NCBI GenBank assembly: GCA_030390025.1 | Contig: CM059431.1 | Span: 142,230,001-142,294,000 of the forward strand | Direction: 5' to 3' | DNA length: 64,000 bases | Origin: Squalus acanthias | Lineage: Eukaryota | Shown: positions 11,637-23,600 of the stretch, in pieces | Layout: every line of letters begins with the position of its first letter | How positions within the stretch are numbered: the first letter of the stretch is position 1 | Made by a program: the position numbers and the translations under genes | Notes under the pieces: generated by a model | Database searches by the model: none | The model's input: only the letters and a program-made list of their open reading frames with translations | Told to the model about the DNA's origin: nothing

Positions 11637-14600
11637 TTGAGAAAGAGAAAGAGTGAGATGGAGAAAGAGGGAAACAGACACATACAGAGGAAGATGAAGA
11701 GAGGGAGGGAGGGAGACTTCTCGCTGGAATTCTGCCCTCAGGTGAATGGGCCGAGCTGACATTTCTTGCACCACCTTTGTTCCTGATACTATGATGGGAA
11801 TTTTAGCAGCTCTAAACATTCCCTTGTTCTTCCACCTGAACCCTATATCCCCCATCCTGCACGGTGGTTCTGCTTCTTGCTCTCTCGTTGTTTTGAAAAC
11901 AGAAATCGTTACACTGTCCCCTGCTCGAAATTGCATTAGCTGCCCTTTACACCATGCTTGATTTTTCTTTCCAATGCAGGTGAAAATCGGGCGGGATCTT
12001 TAATCGGCGGCCTAATCGGAGTCGCCTATTTTACAACATCGTTTAAATCTAAAATTATCCCCAGAATCTTTTCTTGTGGAATTTGAAGATGACACCGCTT
12101 TATTGGAACAAGAAGGGAGAGTGCTGCCAGGGTCTTGGCCAACATTTATTCCCCAGCTAACACCTAAAGTAGTTTAAAGAGAGAGGAGAGTGAAGGGGAA
12201 GAAACTTACATTTCTCTTGTGCAGTTGTTTCACAGCCAATGAAATGCAGCCACTCTTCTTTCATAGACAACCTCGACAACCAATTGGACACAAGATGTCA
12301 CAAGTACCAATGAGATACATAACCAGTTAATCCATGTACCGTGTCGCTGGTTAAGAATTTAGAACTGGTTACCTGGCTATTCACTTCTTTGCTGTTTGTG
12401 GGATATTGCTGTCCACAAAATGGCTCCAGAATTGGTCGATATAACAAGGGTGTCTGCACTTCAAATAATGTATTACACGTGAAGCACTTTGAGTCGTTTT
12501 TGAGAGTTAAAATGAGGTGGAATATTAATACAAGTCTTCAGAGTGCAGAGGAGGGATTTATAATCACAAACCAGTTAGGTATTGATGTACCCAGTCAGAA
12601 CAAACTGAATCTCGTTTGTTCCTCTGCCGCCAGGTGAACACTTCCCCATAGACCAGTTGGTTTTATTCATCTTAGCCTTCAGATCCTCTTGTCGGAACTC
12701 AGCCAAGATATCAGCAGAGAACAAGGAGGTGAATTTGGTGGAGGTGCTACGTGAGAGGCTCTACAGTGAACTGCATCAAATACCTAGGATAACAACTTCT
12801 AAAGGTAAGTTTCGACTCATGCTTTAGGCATGTTATTTGCACAGAGATTGAGATGCATCTTTCAGCAAACACAAGCTGAAAACCACCAATCACACTCACA
12901 TCTCAGTCTGTACCTCTCTCCATAACCAGGAATTACACTCCCATCTCAGTCTGTATCTCTCTTCATAACCAGGAATCACACTCACATCTCAGTCTGTACC
13001 TCTCTCCATAACCAGGAATCACACTCACATCTCAGTCTGTACCTCTCTCCATAACCAGGAATCACACTCACATCTCAGTCTGTACCTCTCCACATAACCT
13101 CCAATCACACTCACATCTCAGTCTGTACCTGTCTCAATAACCAGGAATCACACTCACAGCTCAGTCTGTACCTCACCCCATAACCTCCAATCACACTCAC
13201 ATCTCAATCTGTACCTCTCCCCATAACCTGGAATCACACTCACATCTGAGTCTGTACCTCTCCCCATAACCAGGAATCACACTCACATCTCAGTCTGTAC
13301 CTCTCTCCATAACCTACAATCACAGTCACATCTCAGTCTGTACCTCTCTCCATAAACTTCAATCAAACTCACATCTCAGTCTCTACCTGTCCCCATAACC
13401 AGGAATCACACTCACATCTCAGTCTGTACCTCTCTCCATAACCTCCAATCACACTCACATCTCAGTCTGTACCTCTCTCCATAACCAGGAATCACACTCA
13501 CATCTCAGTCTGTACCTCTCTCCATAACCTACAATCACAGTCACATCTCAGTCTGTACCTCTCTTCATAAACAGGAATCACACTCCCATCTCAGTCTGTA
13601 CCTCTCTCCATAACCTCCAATCACACTCACATCTCAGTCTGTACCTCTCTCCATAAACAGGAATCACACTCCCATCTCAGTCTGTACCTGTCCACATAAC
13701 CTCCAATCACACTCCCATCTCAGTCTGTACCTGTCCCTATAACCTCCAATCACACTCACATCTCAGTCTGTACCTGTCCCCATAAACTCCAATCACACTC
13801 ACATCTCAGTCTGTACCTGTCCCCATAACCTCCAATCACACTCACATCTCAGTCTGTACCTGTCCCATAACCTCCAATCACACTCACATCTCAGTCTGTA
13901 CCTGTCCCCATAAACTCCAATCACACTCACATCTCATTCTGTACCTGTCCCCAAAACCTCCAATCACACTCACATCTCAGACTGTACCTCTCTCCATAAA
14001 CTCCAATCACACTCACATCTCAGTCTGTACCTGTCCCCATAATCTCCAATCACACTCACATCTCAGTCTGTACCTCTCTCCATAAACTCCAAACACACTC
14101 ACATCTCAGTCTGTACCTCTCTCCATAACCAGGAATCACAATCACATCTCAGTCTGTACCTCTCTCCATAACCTCCAATAACACTCACATCTCAGTCTGT
14201 ACCTCTCTCCATAACCTCCAATCACACTCACATCTCAGTCTGTACCTCTCTCCATAACCTCCAATCACACTCCCATCTCAGACTGTACCTCTCTCCATAA
14301 CCTCCAATCACACTCCCATCTCAGTCTGTACCTCTCTCCATAACCTCCAATCACACTCCCATCTCAGTCTGTACCTGTCCCCATAACCTCCAATCACACT
14401 CCCATCTCAGTCTGTACCTGTCCCTATAACCTCCAATCACACTCACATCTCAGTCTGTACCTGTCCCCATAAACTCCAATCACACTCACATCTCAGTCTG
14501 TACCTGTCCCCATAACCTCCAATCACACTCACATCTCAGTCTGTACCTGTCCCCATAAACTCCAATCACACTCACATCTCATTCTGTACCTGTCCCCAAA

Positions 14601-17600
14601 ACCTCCAATCACACTCACATCTCAGACTGTACCTCTCTCCATAAACTCCAATCACACTCACATCTCAGTCTGTACCTGTCCCCATAATCTCCAATCACAC
14701 TCACATCTCAGTCTGTACCTCTCTCCATAAACTCCAAACACACTCACATCTCAGTCTGTACCTCTCTCCATAACCAGGAATCACAATCACATCTCAGTCT
14801 GTACCTCTCTCCATAACCTCCAATCACACTCACATCTCAGTCTGTACCTCTCTCCATAACCTCCAATCACACTCACATCTCAGTCTGTACCTCTCTCCAT
14901 AACCTCCAATCACACTCCCATCTCAGACTGTACCTCTCTCCATAACCTCCAATCACACTCCCATCTCAGTCTGTACCTCTCTCCATAACCTCCAATCACA
15001 CTCCCATCTCAGTCTGTACCTGTCCCCATAACCTCCAATCACACTCACATCTCAGTCCATACCTCTCTACATAACCTCCAATTACACTCACATCTCAGTC
15101 TGTACCTCTCTCCATAACCAGGAATCACACTCCCATCTCAGTCTGTACCTGTCCCTATAACCTCCAATCACACTCACATCTCAGACTGTACCAGTCCCTA
15201 TAAACTGCAATCACACTCACATCTCAGTCTATAACTGTCGCTATAACATCCAATCACACTCACATCTCAGTCTATAACTGTCGCTATAACATCCAATCAT
15301 ACTCACATCTCAGTCTGTAACTTTCGCTATAACATCCAATCACACTCACATCTCAGTCTGTAACTGTCCCTATAACCTCCAATCACACTCACATCTCATT
15401 CTGTACCTGTCCCTATAACCTCCAATCACACTCCCATCTCAGTCTGTACCTGTCCCTCTAACCTCCAATCACACTCACATCTCAGTCTGTACCTGTCCCT
15501 ATAACCTCCAATCACACCCAATCTGTATTTCCCGCCATAACCTCCAGCCTCATTCTCACCTCATTCTGCTTTAATCGCAACAATTTCCGGGTCTATTCCC
15601 ATAACAGTCGGCGGCTCCCCATAACCTCCAATCCCACTGCCTTCTCAGTTCATAACTGTCCCTGTAAACACCAATAGAATTACTTTCACAGTTTGTATCT
15701 CTCACCATAACCTCCAATCCCACTGCCTTCTCAGTTCATACATGTCCCTGTAAACACCAATAGAATTACTCTCACAGTTTGTATCTCTCCCCATAACCTC
15801 CAAACACATTAAAGTGCAAATATTTATCCAGCACTTTTTAAAAGAACCAATTGACTCCAGGCCTAAAGGGAAATGGAATGCTGACTCCTGGTTTATAAAG
15901 GCAATGATTTATGATTATATCAGTGAAATAAAACCCTTGTAGCATGTATTTATTCATCTATTATTATCTATGTTATTTATCAAGAAAGGCTGGAGTCGCT
16001 GGGGCTCTTTCATCTGGAAAAGAGATGATTGAGAAGTGAGCTAACAGAGCTCTTTAAAATGATGACGTGTTTCTACAGGGTAGAAGTAGAGTAGATGTTT
16101 CCACTTGTAGAGGAGATTATAATTAGGGACCATAAATATAAGGTAGTCGATACTTCTTCTTTCGTATGGTAGTAGCAAAGCAAATCCAATGTCAATATCT
16201 AAATCAGATATCAATGCCAAAAATTCCAGTATAACAGCGTGGATTTCTTACAACGAAGGTTCACCAGACTGGTTCCTGGGATGGGGGGATTGTCCTATGA
16301 CGTCTGATTGACTAGACTAGGACAATATTCTCTAGAGTTTAGAAGAATGAGAGATGATCTAATTGAAACATGCACAATTCTTACAGGGCTTGACTGGGTA
16401 GATGTAGGGAGGATGTTTCCCCTTGCTGGGGAGTCCAGAACCAGGGGTCACAGTCTCAAAATAAGGGGTCTGCCATTTCGGACTGAAATGTGAAGAAATG
16501 TCTTCACTCAGAGGGTGGCGAATCTTTGGAATTGGCTGAGTCGTTGAGTACATTCAAGACAGAGATCGATAGATTTTTGAATATTAAGGGAATCAAGAGA
16601 TATGGGGATAATGCAGGAAAGTTGAGATGAGGTAGATGTACAGCAAAAATCTTATTGAATTGTGGAGCAGGCTCGAAGAACCAAATGGCCTAATCCTGCT
16701 CCTATTTCTTATGTTCTTATTTATGCTGCCTACGAATTTCCTCTGAGGGCAGTGCTCAATGCTGTTCTCCAGGGTCTGATTAGGAGCTTCACAGTCTGTC
16801 TCATGATGGGGATGTTTTAATCTTCCATCTAATTAGAAGGTGGCGACCGGTTCTGAGGCGGTTGATGGTTGTCCACTGTTTGCGAGGAAGGTTTGATCCT
16901 TCAGGTTGTACTCTGGGATCCTCTATAAGCAATCCATTCCGTACGTCACAACGTTTCCAAGCATTTCGCCATCAGTCATCAAGGCTGAGGGGAGATCGCT
17001 GAAGGGCTTTGGCGACGGTCCAATATAGCCTTCTAGATTAGAGACGGTTTGGTGCTAGATTGTTCAAGTCGGCCTGGATTGGCATGTCTTTGCTTGTGTA
17101 GCGGTTGTATTCTATGGACACTGCATATTCGCGGCTTAGGTGTGGTGGTGTGATGTTTGCAAGCACGGGCAGCCAAGGTGTTGGTGTCGATAAAAGTGTA
17201 CTGGTGATAATTCTCATAGTAGAATTCAGCTGGACATCATCGGATTTGTCATGTGTACATGATAGCCATGCCGGAGAGCATTAGTCCGCTGCAGAGTCAC
17301 TACTAAAAAACAATGGGGGATTCAGGAGAAACTTATTTTCCCGAAGAGTGGCGAGAATGTGGAAATTGCTAACACATGAGAAGTTGAGGCGAATTGTATA
17401 GATGTATTTAAGGCGAAGTTAGACAAGTTCATGAGGGAGAAAGGAATAAGCTCCCTCGGGTAAGCTGCTCGACTGAGATGAAGTAAGGTAGGAGGAGGCT
17501 CATGTGGAGCATAATTAGACCTGTTGGGCCGAATAGCCTCCTTCTGTGCTGTAAATTCTACACCAATTCTATTTATTCATTTAAATCCTTGGCCTGATTT

Positions 17601-20600
17601 CTGGCACACAGAGAGGATCGGGGACGAACTAGTGAGGAATTCTCATATCTGTAGCTCCCGTTTGTCAGATGTGGAGCATATCACTAAGATTGGAGACTGT
17701 CACTGTATTTACAGAAAACGCTGGATATTCTCTAAAGGCCTTTACTGAAGCCAGCCTGGCGATCCTGGCGCTGTGTCAGGAGGAGGAACCTGTCCCGGGC
17801 TTTCTCATTCATAATTTCATCCGGGCTCATCTCAGGAAGATCGCTCATCACGGGAAAGAATTAACAGTAGGTATGTCTGAGCAGACAAGATGTTTCATTT
17901 TATAGTTTCAAAAATATCCATTTGATGGAGTTTTTAAAGAGGTTACCTGGGTTCACAGGTTACGGTCGGTGAAGATATCTATTTGATGGAGTTTTGAAAG
18001 CGTTTACCCGGGGGGTTCAGAGGTTACGGTTAGTGAAGATATCCATTTGATGTAGTTTTGAAAGAGGTTACCTGAGTTCACAGGTTACGGTCGGTGAAGA
18101 CATCCATTTGATGGAGTTTTAGAAAGAGGTTACCGGGGTTCACAGGTTATGGTCGGTTAAGATATATATTTGATGGAGTTATAGAAAGAGGTTATCTGGG
18201 TTCACAGGTAACGGTCAGTGAAGATATCCATTTGATGGAGTTTGGAAAGAGGTTAGCTGGGTTCACAGGTAACGGTCAGTGAAGATATCCATTTGATGTA
18301 GTTTTGAAAGAGGTTACCTGAGTTCACAGGTTACGGTCGGTGAAGACATCCATTTGATGGAGTTTTAGAAAGAGGTTACCTGGGTTAACAGGTTACGGTC
18401 GGTGAAGATATCCATTTGGTGGAGTTTTGAATGAGGTTACCTGGGTTCACGGGTTACGATTGGTGAAGATATCCATTTGGTGGAGTTTTGAATGAGGTTA
18501 CCTGCGTTCACCGGTTACGATTGGTGAAGATATCCATTTGATGGAGTTCTGAAAGAGGTTACCGGGGTTCACAGGTTACGGTCGGTGAAGATATCCATTT
18601 GATGCAGTTTTGAAAGAGGTTACCTGTGTTCACAGGTTACAGTCAGTGAAGATATCAATTTGATGGAGTTTTGAATGAGGTTAGCTGGGTTCACGGGTTA
18701 CGGTCGGTGAAGATATCCATTTGATGCAGTTTTGAAAGAGGTTACTGGGTTCACCGGTTACGATTGGTGAAGATATCCATTTGATGGAGTTCGGAAAGAG
18801 GTTACTTGCGTTCACCGGTTACGATTGATGAAGAGTGCTGGGAGGGAGTCCATTGGACACAGGTTGTGAGGAAAATGATGGGAAATTTGGGAAGCGTCTC
18901 TTCATCCATGGGTGATCGAATCGCTTGTGCATGGGAGGCTTCGGATATCATAGAATCATCTAAACTTATAGAAGGAGGCCTGTTGGCCCATCGTACCTGT
19001 GGTGGCTCTTTGAAATAGCTCCCCAATTAATCCACTCTCCCTTCTCTTTCCCCATAGGCCATAACCCTGTATTTGTATCCTTATCAAGTATATATCAAAT
19101 TTCCTTTTCAAAGTCACCATTGAATCTGCTTCCATCACCCGTTCAGGCAGTGCATTCCAGATTATAACAACTCGCTGTGTAAAAAAGCAAAAATGACTCC
19201 CCATCTCCCCTCAGATTCTTTTGCCAATATCGTACATCTGTGTCCTCTCGTTACCGACCCTCCTGTCAAATTTACTCCATGAACCGATGGTAATTGTTTC
19301 CTGTGTTGTAGATACAATGGCCACCGCGGCACTTAGTCTGAGGTGTTTGATACACTCGCAACAACCAAGAGGCAGATCTCGGCTTGACATCGCAAAGGCT
19401 TTAATGTGGATAATGAGGCGGATTCTAAGTGAAGTGAGAGAGGACGGGACCATTGGGAGCTTGAGCAGTACAGGGCTGGCCATGCAGGTATTGTGATGTG
19501 AAATTAGAAAATAGGATTCTGATTTAATTAGAGCTAAGGGCAGTTAGTAATTAACAGCTTCTTCACAACATATTAAGCGATAGACCTTAAACAATTAGAG
19601 CATAGAAACGATTTTGCAGTATTGGTGTATCGGTGTTTAATGTGTTCAGATGACGTTCAGTGTGAAGTATTGCAAAATACATCCTAGGGGAAGATTCTGA
19701 GACACCTCGATATCTTTCATGGGATAGAACTCGCCAGGAGCGGAGGGCATTGGTTGAAATAGATTTAAGGGGTGATTTTAACGTTTGGTGAAGGTGTAAA
19801 ATGGGTAATATCCAATTGCTCTTCAATTTACAGGCGCCAGATTTTACCTTCCATGGATTCAATGCAAAGGAAAATCGGGCATGCTATACAATGGCCGGTT
19901 AATTCAAAATTGGCCATTGTACATCATCGCTCACAGTTAAAGTAATCACAACAGAATGCGAATGATTCAATGTTCATCAAATCAATACACTGAAGTGGCG
20001 ATAAACAATGTAAACTGGATGTTGAGTTATATTGAGAAACTGGTTGACTTCAAATTCCAAGAGGACAATCTTAAATGGAATGTTCAGTACAGAAACAGGT
20101 CATTCGTGTGTTTGTGGGCCACACGAGGCTCCTCCCGCCCTACTAACCCTATCACCATATCCTTCTATTCCTTTCTCCTTCATATATATTTCCCTTAAAT
20201 CAATCTTTGTTATTCGCTTCCTATGCTACTCCTTGTGATAGCGAGTTACAACTTCTATCCACTCTCTAGTTAAGAAGTTTCTCCTAAATTCCTTGTTGGG
20301 TTTATGAGTGGCTATCTTATATGTATGGACCCTAGTTTTGGACTCACCCTGCAAGTGGAGACATCTTCTCTACGTTTACCTTATGAAATCCATTCATAAT
20401 TTTGAAGAGCTCTTTTAGTTCACCTTTCAGTAATAGAATCATAGAGTAATAGATTCATAACGGCACAGAACGAGGCCATTCGGCCCATCGAGTCCATGTC
20501 GGCTCTCTGTAGAACATCCAGTCAGTCCCATTCCCCCGCTCCATCCCCGTAGCCCTGCAAGTTTATTCCATCAAGTGCCTACCCAGTCTCCCCGTGAAAG

Positions 20601-23600
20601 CATTGAGTGTCTCCGCTTCCACAACTTTCGTCGGCAGCGAATTCCAGGTCTTCGCCACTCGCCGCATAAAAAATGTTTTTCCTCACATCCCCCATTGTAC
20701 CTCTTGCACAAAACCTTAAATCTTTGTCCCCTAGTCCTTGTACCATCAACTAGTGGGATAAGCCCTTCCCCGTCTAGCCTATCCAAACCCGTCATAATCT
20801 TGTAAATCTCCATCAAATCATCCCTCAACCTCCTTTGCTCTAATGAAAACAAATCCAACTTCTCCAAACTGTCCTTGTAGCTAAGATACCCCATCCCCGG
20901 AACCATTATGGTAAATCTCCTCTGCATTCTCTCAAGGTCCTTCATATCCTTCCTAAACTGTGGTGACCACAACTGGATGCAACACGCAAGTTGTGCTCTA
21001 ACCAGCGCTTCAAAGAGGCTGAGCATAACTTTTCTACTTTTGTACTCAATACCTTTATTTATGACATTGGCATTGCTAACCACTCTCTCAATATGTCCTG
21101 CCACCTTCAGGGAACTATGACATTAACTCCCACGTCCCTGGGTCACTGCACACTCTTTAAGGTGTAAAACGGGTGATGGCGAATCTGCAGCCCGATCTCT
21201 CCCGATTTTTATTTCCATTCACTCCCACTTTATATTACAGTGCTTTAAAACAGAGTTCATATGTGCTCAGACTAAATGATCTCCGGATCACTAAAATTAA
21301 ATATTAAAATTAGTGTTACCTTCTTTACACTCCAGGCCCTGGACGAAAACATAAACGTGTTCACCTCACGTGTCTATAATTGCACCAAATCTGTGCAGAA
21401 AATGGTGCATGAAATTTCTCGGGGAAACTGGGAAAACCTTACAACAATGTCACAGGTGGCGATAGCCCTGGGAGGAAAGAGTTACCTGGACGTGAACAAG
21501 ATAACCTGTCCTGTATATAAAGGTAAGGGTACAGCAACAGACCGGACTAAGTATGAGGGACGGTGAAATTCGACATTGGCGAGTTCGCAAAACGTACGGT
21601 GTTGCATCAGGCGTCCGATATCCGCTCCGCCCCATATTCGGTCCCATTGACTTCAAAAGAACTGGATATCGGGCGTGTCCATAATGGTTGGTGAGAGCGA
21701 TTCCTCCTGTCTCGCGTCCCCATCCTTATCGAATTTCACCACGCCTCTCAGCTTTAAGAACTCCCTAGGCGGGGTTAATAAGGGAGAATGTGGCGGGAAG
21801 GTTACACGGCCCGAACAAAAACTGCAACGAAAATAACGGAAGGAAAATCGGGCAGGTTTCGTTCCCAGAATGCAAAGCTCAGCTCCAGAATTTCCTGGAT
21901 GCGCTGCTCCCAGGCTGTACAGATGGGAAGCTACTCACATTGGGTTAGGAATCAAAATGAAGAAGAAATAGCAAATGGAAATGAATCCTGGAAGGATAGA
22001 GTGTAGAATGAGGCCATTCGACCCATAGTGCCTGTGTCGGCGCTTCGAAAGAGCAATCCAATTAGTTCCAGTGCCCTGCCCTCTCCCCATAGCCCTGCAG
22101 TTTTCCTCTAGAAATATTTATCCGAATCCCCTTTGAAAGTTACTATTGAATCTGCTTCCACCCCACTTTCAGTCAGTGCATTCCAGATCTTAACAATTCA
22201 TCGTTGTTAGTTTTAAATCACTGTCCAGTTTCATTATATTTTCTCCAGGGTATTTGCTAGGAGCACTGAAGCGGGGATTTTACCCATTCAACCCTTGACC
22301 TTCCTGAATCCTTTATGTTTGCTCAGTTTTCTAAGCGAAATAATTGGAAGCCCTGAGCCATCTGCTTGGCCTCACTCCCAGCGGGAGGTTCACCAATGTA
22401 GATATCCTCAGGGATCCTCACATATGACAATGGTCACATTAACTGGAATGCAGAGCTGGTTTGTGCCTGAGCTCCACTTTTCACAGGCGCTGATTTTGAG
22501 CGTGTCTCTAGAAGTTGTGGGTGAAATTGGACAAGTGCAAAGGCGCAAAACAGGCGTTATGTCATCGGTCTCCCGTTTCTTTCTTTATAAACCCCGATAT
22601 TCATTCCACTATTTCCAACAGAACCGGATATCAGGCGTGTTGCAAAACGGCTGGCAAATGCGATTCTCCCTGTTTTCCATCTTTGCCCAAGTCCAACTTT
22701 ACTGCCCGTTGCCTCCCATGATCTTTTGACATTGTTTCTCCTACTTCGCACAGTGACAACTATGACCAGAGCGCATTCCCCGACCAATGGGCTGCCGACG
22801 CTCACCGAATCCCAGAATCCACTTTCTCTCAACTCCAGGATTGTGAACCACCGCATCAAAAGTACAACCACGTCCATGAGAAGTTCAACTGCGCCTCGAT
22901 CGCACATTCACCCTGCATCAATGGAAACCTCCTCTTCACTTGGTAGAGCAGGTCCACACCCCAGTTCAACAGCACAGCCTCCAACTTCTACATCATCCTT
23001 AGGGGCTTTCAGTTTATCCACAATTATGGATTCTTGGATCAGTGTGATTGCGCCCTTCATGACCAGTGTGACCATGTCCATCGTGACCAGTACGATGGCA
23101 CCCGTCATGAACAGTGCGACTCTGCCTATCATGACCAGTCAGATTTTGCCCATCGTGAGCAGTGAGACTGTGCCCATCGTGACCAGTGAGACTCTGCCCA
23201 CCGTGAGCAGTGAGACTGTGCACAACGTGATCACTGAGACTGTCCCCATCGTGACCAATGAGACTCTGCCCATCGTGACCAGTGCGAGTGTGCCCATCGT
23301 AACCAGTGAGACTGTGCCCATCGTGATCAGTGAGACTGTGCCCATAGTGACCAGTGAGACTTTGCCCATCGTGACTAGTGAGACTGTGCTCATCGTGACC
23401 AGTGAGCCTGTGCCCATAGTGACCACTCAGACTGTGCCCATCGTAACCAGTGAGACTGTGCCCATCGTGATCAGTGAGACTGTGCCCATCGTGACCAGTG
23501 AGACTGTGCCCATCGTGACCACTGAGACTGTGCCCATCGTGACTAGTGAGACCGTGCCCATCGTGACCAGTGAGACTGTGCCCATCGTGACCACTGAGAC

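Larger units (their letters stand above)
15985..17560 (+). mobile_element. CR1 3' fragment split by insertions (host parts ~15985-16148 and ~17297-17560)
   Basis: ...cataaatataaggtagtc resumes as (agtc)actac...ttcaggagaaactt at ~17297. Confidence 0.7.

Noticed and set aside
11261..11936. Overlapping Cys/Val- and His/Thr-rich ORFs
   Set aside because: Translations of a (TG)n microsatellite
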